Source of the DNA: Anolis carolinensis
Lineage: Eukaryota
Length of the DNA stretch: 64,000 bases
Direction of reading: 5' to 3'
Assembly (NCBI RefSeq): GCF_035594765.1
Contig: NC_085845.1
Coordinates: 190,294,897 to 190,358,896 of the forward strand
Below are positions 1 to 11,917 of this stretch, piece by piece. The notes below the pieces were generated by a model, which did not search any database, was not told the DNA's origin, and was given only the letters and a program-made list of their open reading frames with translations. Each line of letters opens with the position of its first letter. The stretch's first letter is position 1. Both the position numbers and the translations under genes were made by a program.

Positions 1-1616
1 AATCATGTCTACATTCCTCCAGGACCGGGCAGGGAAAAAGCACTTCGTCTGTGTCATGACTGCAAGCCAGCAGGGCACTACGGACTATTTAAAACCATGC
101 ATTTGATCCTAAGAGATTTCTGGTGGCCCAAGATCCGCAAGGATGTGGAAAAATATGTCAACACCTGCCCAGTATGCCAGCGCTCCAAGACAAGAAGGGA
201 AAAGCCCTCAGGGCTTCTGCATCCCCTCCCTACCCCATCTCGCCCATGGGAAATAATCTCTGCGGATTTTATCACTGATCTACCACCTTCTTGTGGATTC
301 ACCACCTTTTTACCAAGTTAGCCCATTTCATTCCCTGCGATGGCCTTCCCACGGCCAAAGAGACTGCAGATTTATTCCTTCAACATGTTTTCAGATTGCA
401 TGGATTGCCCAAGAGTTTGGTCACAGACCGTGGGTCCCAATTCACCTCTCGTTTCTGGAAAGCACTACAAAAACTATTGGGCATAGACTCTCATTTATCT
501 TCGGCTCACCATCCCCAAACGGATGGGCAAACTGAGCGCACCAATGCCACTCTGGAACAATACCTTCGCTGTTATGTGAACTACCAGCAGGACAATTGGG
601 CTTCCCTGTTACCGCTGTCAGAGTTTGCCTATAACAATGGTGTCCAGGCCTCGACTAAAGAAACCCCGTTCTTTGCAAACTACGGCTTCCATCCACGTTT
701 CTTTCCTCCTGTCATTGAAACCTCAGAAGTTCCCGCAGCCGAAGACTGGCTGCAGGAACTCACAGCGGTGCAACAACTTTTGCTCCAGCAACTAGACCAA
801 GCCAAGGAGGACTATAAACGTCACGCGGACAAACATCGCCAGCCGGGCCCCGAAATCAAGGTAGGAGACCGGGTTCTTCTGTCCACTCGCTTTTTGCCCT
901 CCCATCGCCCTTGCCGGAAGTTAGATGCCCGTTTCATTGGTCCCTATCCAGTGGTGGCGCAACTTAACCCCGTGACTTTCAAACTCCAACTCCCACGCTC
1001 TATGCGCATTCATCCAGTGTTTCATCGCTCTCTGCTCCTTCCGGCGGATGGTGTGCACCCTGATGTAGACCGGCCGGCCCCCACTCCTATTTTGGTGGAT
1101 GGGGAGGAGGAATTCGAGGTTCAGGACATTTTGGATTCTCGCTTTCACCGCCACCACCTTCAATATCTCATTGACTGGGTGGGTTTTGGCCCCGAGGAAC
1201 GCTCTTGGGAAGACGCTTCCACAGTCCATGCCCCAGATTTAACCCGCCGTTTCCATCAGACCTATCCCGCCAAGCCGCGGCCTCGCGTCTCGGGGAGAGA
1301 GTCCCAGTTTGAGAGGGGGCTTGAGGAGGGGGATAGTGTGATGACTCATGGGCCATGTAGTCCCGTTCCTAGTGCTGTTGTGACAGATGAAGAGGAAAAC
1401 TTGGGTTTTCCACCATTTCAGCCAGAAAGGGAACTTTCCCAGCCTGAATTAGAGCCCTTGCACCTGCAGGAGGTTTGTATTCCAGAAATCTGCCAAACAA
1501 GCCCTGAGTCAAAATCTCCCCCATTTTCTCGCCGTAATTATTATCTACAACAAAAAGGAGTTCAGCAGGCTAATCGCCGAAGCCTGAGAATCGCAACAAA
1601 GCATTCTGATGATTAA
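1..1616 (+). pseudogene. pol: pol 3' part (integrase, chromodomain and LTR-encoded tail), frameshifted at about 305
   Basis: Frame +1 is open from base 1 (CHDCKPAGHYG...CPVCQR...WEIISADFITDLP). A short deletion at about 305 removes the expected ILVVVD-type segment and switches frame to FTKLAHF...TDRGSQF...HPQTDGQTER...GPY...HPVFH...chromodomain (1110-1256), ending at TAA 1614-1616. Confidence 0.95.
1323..1336 (+). promoter_or_regulatory. Polypurine tract (plus-strand primer) of copy A
   Basis: GAGGAGGGGGATAG lies immediately before the LTR start TGTG; copy B has the same arrangement. Confidence 0.9.
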
Positions 1617-2251
1617 GCCTGCTTCCATGAGAAATTTTAGGGAGTCGTACATCTGGACACAGAGATTGACTTTCGTTTCTGGTTTCCCCAGAGAAGTGTT
1701 CTCTGGTGGGAAACGAGGCCCTATTTAGGTTCCTTGCCCCTTTTGGAATCTTGCGGAGTCAATTCGTCAGCTACTGGAGTAGCGTGTGTGGACAGCTACT
1801 CCGTTTCCAAGCCTTGTTCCTGTTTCCAAGCCTCCGTTCCCAGCCTTGTTTACTTCCACGGATCTTGCCTTGCTTCCCGGACCTTGCCAAGTAAATTCCA
1901 CGGATCTTGTTTTTGCTCCTCATTTCTTGTTGCCTTGTTCAAGCCTTGTGTTCCAAGTATCAAGTTATTTCCTAGCCTTGCTCAAGTTTCATGGACTAAA
2001 GGACCTTGTCATCTCCCCTCACTTCGCTTGGCGAAGTGAGTGTTTCGGTTATTGGATTACAACTTGGGACCTTAATATTTCATATTGGACATTGTTTCTT
2101 TGGACTAATTTTGACCTTCCCTGAAAGGTCTATTCCTGAACTATTTCCTACACTTGCTTTTATTAATCTTATATATTTCCTTAATAAAGATATTAGTTAG
2201 ATTCTGGCCTCTGTGTATGGTTATTGGTGCTCTGCAGCCTGGGTCGTGACA
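1337..2251 (+). repeat. 3' LTR of copy A (915 bp)
   Basis: Starts TGTGATGAC, ends GTCGTGACA; both ends align with the copy B LTR ends. TATA-like TATTTA at 1722-1727 and AATAAA at 2183-2188. Confidence 0.95.
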
Positions 2252-2369
2252 ATCGGGTCAAAGTCGGTGTGCTAACCAGAATGGATTCATTCGAACACCT
2301 GCTGAAACCACCAGGTTTTGAGCTCCTTATGAAAGGAATGCAGGGTAGGGGCCAACCTAATCAAAGGTA

Positions 2370-2530
2370 ATTTTATACAACATGTTATATAAGTTTGTAC
2401 ATGAAGCAAAGTTTATGAACAATGAACCATCAGAAAGCAACGGTGTCACTACCTCAGCCACCCATGAGGACAGCTTTAGATTTTACAGTATTTTGGATTT
2501 TGGAATTCTGGGTAATGGATGCTCAACCTG
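2370..2530. mobile_element. Fragment of a Tigger/pogo-like MITE (same family as 9780-10078)
   Basis: Ends in ...TCAACCTG|TA; the internal GTGTCACTACCTCAGCCACCCA nearly matches the reverse complement of the 9780 element. Confidence 0.6.
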
Positions 2531-3552
2531 TATTAATATTTTAAATATTTTGATCCTATCTCATGTATTTGTAATATTTTTCATTTTAATTCTGCCCAAA
2601 GGCATTCTGAACAGTGGTTTAGAAAGGAAGCAAATCCGATTTCTAGGAACAGTTATTTTCTTTGCCAATCTATTTGCTGAAAAGTTTATATTCTAACTAT
2701 TTGGAAAGTATATTGATACTCATGTAGATGTTTTATATTTCTGTTTCATAGTACTATATAATTTTGTGAGTCAAAATATGCTTGGAAAAATATTATATCA
2801 AAGACTGTTTTGTGCCAGTTACCATGACATGGCATTTGGAATATATGATCCAGTATCAATTATGACATTAGGTTCACAATGACAGTCAATATACCAACTG
2901 AGAAAACAGATATTCTAACTACTAGATATATACAATTGGGAGGTGCTGGTGAAACCCGATTCCCCCAATTTGCAGTTGGTAAATATGTTAATGATTTCTT
3001 TTAGCTGCAATAGGTCTTGTGAGAGTACAATGCAGTGCTTTAAATCTGCTATTTGCTTTTGATCAATTGCTTAATTATTTTAGGTTGACAATAAAATTAA
3101 ACAGTTAAAGGCTGGTCTTGTGGCAACAGGAAATTCAATTTCCTACACTGCTTTTAGTGGCAAATCACAAAGGTATCCTCAGTAGGCAGGTTCTGACTCA
3201 GGTTTTTCTTCATGTTTTGCTGAACTTTGATGTAGATGTTTCAGTTTGATGCATCTGTCACAGAAGGGCTCCAATGACCAACCACATGGTGCTCCAATTG
3301 AGGCAGTTGTCAACTGGTGGATTCCATGTCACTGAAGTGGTGAATCCACACTGACTTTTCTCTAATACATTATAGGTCTGTCCAAGACATCAAAACTGTT
3401 TGGGGTTAAGGCTCAGCAATTTATATATCTGCTTTAAAGTTCATGCTAAAATCTAGGCCCTAAAAGCATAGAAGCCACTTCCTACCCCGGAGATGATGAG
3501 AGCCAAGCTATCTTCCAGTTATGTTCTAAGAATGATTATGGATACTCTAAGG

Positions 3553-4077
3553 CAGGGATTCTCAAACTGCTCCGCAGAGTGTTCTCCTGGGAAACAGACT
3601 ATTTCTCTCCACCCAGTCCCTTCCCCCTCCACCTTCTTTGCTTCAAAAACCCTATTTTCCTCCCACTGCTCAGGCAGTGCTTTGATTGTGCTTTTCCTTC
3701 ATGGCAGAGGGAAGTTGGCCTGAATGGACCCTGGGGTCTTCCACTGAAATACTGTTAAGTTTATGTTGGTTAAAATTATTCTTCATTTTAAATATTGTAT
3801 TGTTCTCTCTTTTTTGGACTACAAACAATTTGTTCAATTTTTTTCAATTAGCTCATACAAACACTCTCCATCCATCTGCCACTGGCCTGGCCTGTTTATC
3901 AAATTTTAAAATGCAATGCGGCCCCTGTGTCCAAAAGTTTGCCCATGCCTGATATATATACATTATTTATATTTTTATTATATAATATATATAATATATA
4001 TCAACATTTATTGGGGCTCCTCAAGAAACTTTTGCTTCAAAAAGGGTTCCATGGCTGAAAAAGTTTGAGAATCCCTG
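3553..4077. mobile_element. Non-autonomous hAT (Charlie-like) DNA transposon
   Basis: Perfect 16-bp TIR CAGGGATTCTCAAACT/AGTTTGAGAATCCCTG and perfect 8-bp TSD CTCTAAGG (3545-3552, 4078-4085). A second hAT-like end (AAAAGTTTGCCCATGCCTG, about 3934-3951) is nested inside. Confidence 0.9.
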
Positions 4078-4689
4078 CTCTAAGGTCACAGCCTGTGAGA
4101 TGCAACTTGTTAATGCATGGTGATTAGCTTTTCAACTTCTGAAGGATGATCCCTCTTGGTGCCCTCAACATTTTCAACATCATGCAGCTCTGAGACCATT
4201 GCGACAAAGACTAAATTACTGTTGCTTTCAGATTTTTGCATATGAGCCATGTCTGAGAAATAAATTGTACTCAAAACTATGTACCTATCTTAAAATGTGA
4301 ATGGCTAAAATAGCCATAATTGGAAGAAAATACGGAGAAAGACAAATTAGTCAGTGGGGAAATTGCTTAAATGAAGCAATTTGGAGAAATAATTGTGCAA
4401 ATTAGGAAAATACTTTATGATTACATCTGTTTCAGCATGGGTAAAAGTTAGGAAGACTCACAACCCGATATGAAACAAAAATGAGAAGAAAATGCAGGTG
4501 GGATTCAGTATGCTCGACACAATTTATTCTGAAGACACACCTCCACAAGCAGCCTGAAGAACATCCTGGAAGAAGTTTCCAGAAATCTACATTTTGTTTG
4601 TTTGTTTTATATATTTATATACATTATATCCCACCTTTCTCCCAGTATGAGAGGCAATGCAGTTTACAATAAAAGGTAAAACAACCCCT

Positions 4690-4930
4690 ATACCTGTGGA
4701 ACCAGCACCCGTGGTTTCTCCTACCTGCATTCAACAAAATATGTATTCGGTAGGAATGTTCTAGACCCTCCAGGCAATTCTATGATCTTTAGGAATTTTC
4801 TGGCTTCTCCAGAGTGACTCTATAGTATCTTCCAGCAGAAATTGTTAATTTAAATAGTATTTTCCATAGTTTCCCATTTCTACAGTAAGTTCAGCAAGGT
4901 ATTCTCTGTGAATATGGGAACTGTACTGTA
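4690..4930. repeat. Degenerate interspersed repeat with internal CTAGG-CCTCCAG-TTCTATG subunits, probably a Tc1/mariner-type MITE; relatives at about 13790-14050, 29470-29960 and 48450-48846
   Basis: Recurring subunit in four places; several copies end in ...ACTG|TA. Confidence 0.5.
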
Positions 4931-6537
4931 TAGCTAAAACATAATATTATACAAAAAATTATATTTTTCAATCTTAATTAGACAATCAAACTAAAATAGT
5001 AAACATTGTCAAAAACACATTCAAAATACAGCACATCCTAACAGATCCTTCTGCCACAACCAGTTGAAAACTGAAGCTTTGTTGAGAAAGAAATCGCTGT
5101 TTTTTGGTGAAACTAGAGCCGAAGAGGCCAACTGAACCTCTGTGAAAGGGAATTCCACAACTCCTACATCTGCAATTAATGTGAGTGACAAGAGTTGCAA
5201 ACTGGCATAAAACTGGACACCTTAGTCTTGTAGTATTTATTTACGCTGTTTACAAGTAGTGTCCTCAACAACAACACATTTTCCCAATTGGGACTTGAAT
5301 TTTATGAAAATCAAAGGCAACCACAGATGTGTTGGTCTTGGCAACTTCAAAGTGTGAGGAACTTTTATTTCATATGCATTAAATTTTTATTTTGAGTGAC
5401 ATTGAGAAGCTGGACATGGTTCATATTTTTTTTCTCAGATCCTGTGTTTTAAAAATATGGTCTTTCTCTTGAAAAAATGGGTGATCTACATCTGCTGTGT
5501 TCTTGGCATCCTGCACTCAAATTTTCCTCCTTGCCTTCCCATCCAAACAATGCAGCTGCTTTTAAGAGCAATAATGAAATACATTGTATGCATGTGGTGT
5601 TCTTGGCTTCTGATAAGCCTGTTCCATCCAAACAATGCTGCTGTATGACATTTTTCTGATCAAATTAGAAGTACATTTTTTGTTTTATGTTTTAAATGAG
5701 AGAACAGGCACTCATTCCACATTTGCAAGTATTATAGCCAAGCAACCAGAGAATCTTCTAAATAATAAACAAACATGTGCAAAGCATAAAGACATTTTTT
5801 TGAGTTTTTAAAATCCCTTTTCTCTCCCCCCCACCGCAATTCTAAAACACAGGGGAATCTGGCTTAGAGACCACAGTAAGAGGGGAAAAGTATGACGAGT
5901 AACAGATCCAACCAATTATTAGAAATTTAGAAGAATATTGTTGTACTCTTTCTTTTTGCCAGGAGAAAGAACAGTTTTGGCTTTCATGCAGAAGCACTTT
6001 ATGCCTTCAAGCCATTTCTGACATGATGATCCTAAAGCAAACTTGTCACAGGGTTTTTTGGGGGCTCACTGTAGGTCACCCACTGGGTTTCTATGGCTGT
6101 GTGGGGAACAGAACCTTGTTCTCTAGAGTCATAGAACAACATTCAATTCATTTCACCACCCTGACTCTTAGGCACAAGCATTACCAAGAAATGATGTTTT
6201 TCCTAGTTGGCTAAAGAGAATGGGAACTCATGTAGAGAAGTTCTGCAAGCTATGCTATCCATTGCTATAGCTCTCTAAGATTTATTTTCAGATTTAAAAA
6301 CAACTGTTTTTAATCCCAAGCCAACTGGAAAAACAATTTCAGAGCAAGCTAATGGTCTTGATGTGTAACATCTATTGCCATTTCTGTTCCACGTCATCGG
6401 AAATCAGGACAACATGAGCAATCCATAATGGAATTGTAGTGGTTGATACAGAGAAAATATGCATAATCCAATCCAATAGTCTCAATTGTATCCCCACTTT
6501 CTTACTTGGGATTTGGGCAGTAGCAAGTAGGATATAA

Positions 6538-8303
6538 TAATAACAACAACAACAACAACATCTACAACAACTTTAATTATACCCCGCCACCATCTCCCCG
6601 CAGGGACTCGGGGCGGCTTACAACAAGAATATGACAACCACATAGCATATAATACACATGATCCACTAAAACAATGAGATTTAAAAACAATGCAATACAA
6701 GATAAAAACAACATAATAGTTACTTTAAAAACCAGAACATCAAATTGTTCTGCACAGCAGAGGGTGACTAATACATCATTCCACCAGGTCCAAGAATAGA
6801 ATCAAAATGAGTAAAGAAGGAACAAGGGAACAATTTCACTTAAAGTGCTATAGCATGTAGAGTGAGGAGCAAGATAAAGTTCCATTAAGGTTGTAAACAT
6901 AGAGTGTGATACCGAGTCAGATTGGCTATTTATTCAAATGCACTCCGGAACATCCATGTCTCGAGTTAACAGCGAAAGATGGGCAATGACAGAGGTAACC
7001 TGATCTCCCTGGGAAGAGAGTTCCAAAGCCGGGGGGCCACCACCGAGAAGGATCTCTCCCTCGACCCCACCAGCCGCACTTGGTACAGGGGCGGGAGCGA
7101 GAGAAGAGCCTCATCAGATGATCTTAAGGCCCATGCAGATTCGTAGGGGAGGAGGCGATCGTGGAGATAGGCAGGTCCTGAACCATTTAAGGCTTTATAG
7201 GTGATAACCTGCACCTTGAATTGGGCCCAGAAACTTATTGGTAGCCAGTGGAGCTGCTTAAATAGGGGGGGGGGGACCACTCCCTATAGCTTGCTCCTGT
7301 TATTAACCTGGCTGCTGATCTTTGTACCAACTGTAGTTTCTGAACCGTCTTCAAAGGCAGCCCCACGTAGAGCGCATTGCAGTAATCCAACCTGGAGGTA
7401 ACTAAGGCGTGGACCACCATGGCCAAGTCAGAATTCACAAGGTATGGTCGCAGCTGGTGCACAAGCTTTAACTGTGCAAAGGCCCTCCCGGCCACTGCCG
7501 ACACCTGAGCCTCAAGCGTCAGCACTGAGTCCAGGAGGACCCCCAAGCTGTGGACCTGTGTCTTAAGGGGGAGTGCGACCCCATCAAGCACAGGTTGCCA
7601 CCCTATGCCCTGATCAGCCACACGACTGACCTGAAGGACCTCCGTTTTGTCTGGATTAACCCTCATCCAGTCCATCACAGCGGCCAGGCACTGGTCAAGG
7701 ATCTGGGGGGATTCCTTGGAGTTAGGTGGAAAAGAGTAGTAGAGTTGGGTGTCATCTGCTTAGAGATGGCACCCAACCCCAAAACTCCAGATGATCTTGC
7801 CCAGCGGTTTCATGTAGATGTTAAAAAGCATGGCAGACAGAATGGAACCTTGCGGGACCCCACAGGACAATGGCCAGGGGCCCAAGCAGAAGTCTTCCAG
7901 TTTCACCAGCTGGGAATGGCCCTCCAGGAAGGAGCAGAGCCATTGCAGAGCAACGCCCCAATACCCATTCTGGAGAGCTGTCCCAGGAGGATACCATGGT
8001 CGATGGTATCGAAAGCTGCCAAGATGTCCAGGAGAACCAATAGGGTCACACTTCCCCTATCAAGTTCTCTACGGAGGTCACCCACCAAGGCGACCAAAGC
8101 TGTCTCCATACCATGACTGGGCCTGAAACCAGACTGTGATGGATCCAGATAATCAGTCTCTATCAAGAACCCCTGGAGCTGCGAAGCAACCACCCGCTCC
8201 AGAACCTTGCCCAAAAAGGGGAGGTTAGAAATTGGCCGGTAGTTATTAAGTATCGACGGATCAAGGGACACCTTTTTCAGGATTGGCTTAACAAATGCTT
8301 GCT
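6538..8303 (-). mobile_element. L2-clade LINE, 3' 1.8 kb (degenerate RT and 3' UTR with simple-repeat tail)
   Basis: Minus-strand ORFs NYRPISNLPFLGKVLE, QSGFR, LDILAAFDTIDH, NPDKTE, SRLDYCNALY, LHWLP, RSFSVVAPRLWNSLP; tail GTAAGCCGCCCCGAGTCCC...(TTG/TTA)n. Confidence 0.92.
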
Positions 8304-8371
8304 TCAAGGTGGATGGAAAAAAATCCCTGTTCCAGTGAGGTGTTTATTATCCTCACAAACCAATTTACCTA

Positions 8372-8660
8372 GGCCCAATGTGTGTCCTGCCTGATGGGTT
8401 GGTCCAGAAATCATTTGGGACAGGCCCAAGGCCATCATGGTGACCATGAAGTCCTGTGTTGCACCAGAAAGGGTGGACTCCGCATGGATGTTGAAGTCTC
8501 CCAGCACTACAAAGTGCTGGGACTCCAACACCAGGCTGGAGACCACCTTGGTGAGCTCAGGCAGTCAGACTGCTGTGTCGCGGGGTGGTCGGTACACAAG
8601 CAGAATCCCCAACCTGTCCCGGCTTCCCACTTTCAGGTGGACACAGTCAAACCCAGGAGA
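8372..8660 (-). mobile_element. L2 LINE APE-endonuclease fragment
   Basis: Minus-strand translation contains VYRPP, VVLGDFNIH and GPTHQAGHTL. Confidence 0.8.
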
Positions 8661-8731
8661 TTGTGGAAAAATGTTGCAGGGTGCAGTTTTGTCCTTTTTG
8701 TGATAAAAAGTGAAGGGAAGAGAACCATATA

Positions 8732-8964
8732 CAGTTGTTCCTCCATATCCATAGATTCTCTAACCATGGATTCAACTATCTACGGCTTAAACCCGCCCCG
8801 CCCCCCCTTAAAAAAATGATCAAAAGCCAAACTCTGATTTTGCCATTTTTATAAAGTACATCATTTAATTATGCCATTATATATAATGGGACTTGGTAAT
8901 CAACAGATTTTGATATCCATAGAGGTTTCTGCAACCAAACCCAACAGATAGCAAGGGTCCACTG
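8732..8964. mobile_element. Tigger-like MITE
   Basis: TA|CAGT...ACTG|TA with imperfect TIRs. Confidence 0.6.
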
Positions 8965-9779
8965 TATAGTGGGCTCTTTGGAGAAATGATGGAATATAAT
9001 GCGTTCATTACAATAGAAAGCCAATGTCCTCCTTTGAATCTTTTCATGTTAACCCACTGTAGAAAAGATACAGAACTTTTGCCATGAAAAATAAAACCTT
9101 TTCAATTCATCTGTTTGCTTGATGTAACAAGGCTCATTGTGTTTTTAGCCTGATTGCACATGTGGCATTTATTTTTAAGTTAGGGGTTGCAATTTTATGT
9201 CATTTTCATTTGTGTTCTGTGAGCATAAATAGGAAACATGCCATGAAACAAAAAGAAAAGGGGAAAAGAACACCCTCTGGGTGTCTGAAATGCTAAAAAT
9301 TGTCATCAGATGGTGTATTAACAATTAGGACAGTACAGCTCTATTGCTGCCAAAGAGAATTTAGATATAAACAAGTGTTCAAGCGATGAAGCATGCTTGA
9401 GCTAGTAAAATTGAAAGGTAGAAAATGATCAAAATCATGCTAAGTGGCAAATAGAACAGTCAAACTGGTACCCAGGATCCTGACTCCTGCAGGGACAGCA
9501 CATTTACCTTAATAGAAAGACATGTTAAATAAAAACATGCATATACCATATTAATTCTTATTTAATAACTATTTGTACATGCTGCCTCCCACAGTCACAT
9601 TATCTTATAATGAGAAAATAAAACTGTAAAACTGTAAGAAGACAGCCGGTGACTATAAGATGGCCAGACAGACAAACAGAAAGATACTCAAAGGTATATC
9701 TGCAGTTGATGATTCCAGCTATATGAAGTTTATGGAACAATTGCTCAATATCAAATCAACATTCATGTACATCCTAATA

Positions 9780-10078
9780 CAGGTAGAGTATACTTTACCT
9801 AGATTTTCAAAATCCAAAATTGTCCATGTGGATGGCTGAGATAGTGACACATTTGCTTTATGATGGTTCAGCATAGACAAACATTTTGATTTAAAATATG
9901 GTGCAAAAAGAACCACCAGGCTATCTGTGTAAGAAGCATAAATGAATTTCAGGTTTGGGCTTGGGTCTGATCTCCAAGATATCTCATCATATATATGCAA
10001 GTACTCCAAAATCCGAAACAAAATGAAATACAGAATGCTTCTTGGCACAAGCATTTTGGATAGGGGATATTCAACCTG
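9780..10078. mobile_element. Tigger/pogo-like MITE
   Basis: TA|CAGGTAGAGTAT...ATATTCAACCTG|TA: imperfect TIRs and TA TSD. Confidence 0.7.
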
Positions 10079-10441
10079 TAATTTGAAGGGGCTTCTCTGT
10101 TTGGAATGACTGATGGGATTTAATCTGAGAGATCCAGCAGGAGAGTTTAAAAATAATATAATTAATCCCAAGGAAAGCAAGGGTGTGTGTGTGTGTATGT
10201 ATTAAACAGTTGTCAACTTTCACATTTGTAATCTTATAAATTTCAGAGTTTGAAGTACTTAGGATATTTAGATCAACATAAAAGACCACAGAAGAGGCAC
10301 CAAGTGACCTTCTCAAAAGAGAATACATCATAGTTGAGATATTACCACTGGAAAAGCCTTTTGTCCACTACCCGCTTGACAGAGTTACACAGGGAATGGC
10401 TTCCAAAGTCAGCCACAAGATCTGAAAAGGTTAGTCTAAAC

Positions 10442-10579
10442 CAGTGATTTCCAAACTATGGATTTTCCATGTCATTTTGGACTTCATTTTCCAGAAGTCC
10501 CAGCCAGCTTGGCCAACAGTCTGGAATGCTGGGAGCTGGAGCCCAAACCATGTGATAGACCAAAGTCTGGGAGTCACTA
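10442..10579. mobile_element. Palindromic hAT MITE
   Basis: CAGTG start, internal CCCAGC/GCTGGG inverted arms, 8-bp TSD GTCTAAAC/ATCTAAAC. Confidence 0.65.
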
Positions 10580-11583
10580 ATCTAAACTGACAAACCGCAT
10601 GCTTATCTGTGTCTGTTAGCCATACTGCTAACTGAATAGAACCTGCATGTCCTATGACTGCACACATATATACCAGGTAATTGTGTACTGGGGAAAACAC
10701 GAGACACTCTGTGAGTTTTCAAAGGGAATCTGACCAGCCATGATTGACCAGTAATGGAAAAATAAATATTTGGCTATGATCCAATGAGGCAATTGTATGG
10801 CAGATGTGGATAGGTGTGAAATTATTCTGAATATGAAATCGCTATGTCAAGACACACTCATTTACAGAATGAGCCACACATCTATTGACACCTGCATATG
10901 CCCTTTAGGTACTTGGAAGATGAGGGAGCCCTGAATGTGCAACTTTCATCATAAAACGTATTTAAAATGAACTTGGGTGACAGTTTCTGCCATTTTGAGG
11001 CAAGGCATTTCATGACATAACATAGCTTTCACTGAAAGGTAATGCAAATTCAACTGAACAAGCTTGGTTTCCAGAAAATCCTGAAAAATGTATAGCTTGT
11101 GGTCTCTCTCTTACATTCTCTCATTCCTTGCCTATTTAAAGAACCTTGGTTTGGGGAGTCTAAGAAGAACTGAGGCCCCTTCTACACTGCCATATAAAAT
11201 CCAGATTGTCTCCTTTAAAAATTTCCCAAAGATCAGTGGATTGGTGAAACATTCAGAAACTTGGCAGGCTTGTAGCCATAAATGTGGCCTACAAGTGAGG
11301 CAATTTTCATCTTGATAGGCCTAAAAATGATGGAGAAACAAGCCTCTACATTTTCCCAATTTGTACCAACGGACCAAATCTTACCGGAACAAAAATGAAC
11401 CCCCTCTCCCAATTTTGGTAATTTCCCATAAATAAATAAATGTGGGGACAGCCAAAAATGGGACTGAAAATGGTATAGTTTTGGGGCATTGTACTACACA
11501 GTTCTGTCACTTTGTTGCCACTTCAACTGATGTGACTCTATCCTAAGGAATCCTGGGATTTGTAGTTTAATAAAGCACTTACT

Positions 11584-11917
11584 GGAGTCCTTGGTGGTTC
11601 AGCAGATTAAATTGCTGAGCTGTTAAACTTGCTGACTGAGAGGTCAGCAGTTCGAGTCTGGTGAGCAGGGTGAGCTCCCGCTATTAGCCCCAGCTTCTGT
11701 CAACTTAGCAGTCTGAAAACATGCAAATATGAGTAGATCAATAGGTACCACTCTGGTGGGAATGTAACGGTGCTCCATGCAGTCATGCCAGTAGCCACAT
11801 GATCTTGGAGGTGTCTAGGTCAATACTGGTTCTTCGGCTTAGAAATGGAGATGAGAACCAACCCCCAAGTTTGGACATGACTAGACTTAATGTCCAGGAA
11901 AAAACTTTTCCTTTACT
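11584..11917 (+). mobile_element. Sauria-type SINE (older copy)
   Basis: tRNA-like head with GTTCGAG B-box, core GAGTAGATCAATAGGTACC and degenerate ACCTTT tail; aligns with 16981-17304. Confidence 0.85.

Larger units (their letters stand above)
1..2251 (+). mobile_element. Ty3/Gypsy chromovirus (Tf1/sushi-type) LTR retrotransposon, copy A; 3' part only (5' end lies outside the window)
   Basis: Integrase with HHCC, DDE core, GPY motif and chromodomain, followed by a polypurine tract and a TG...CA LTR homologous to the LTRs of copy B. Confidence 0.97.

Noticed and set aside
1800-2140. CRISPR-like or true tandem array in the LTR
   Set aside because: The repeats are 5-14 nt, irregularly spaced, inside a eukaryotic LTR, and there are no cas genes.
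2252-2256. Shared ATC at the right flank of both Gypsy copies as a target-site preference
   Set aside because: Only two insertions, and the left TSD of copy A is outside the window.
7550-8116. 188-aa plus-strand ORF (also 8382-8819 and 49356-49967)
   Set aside because: These are antisense shadows of LINE ORF2 sequences.
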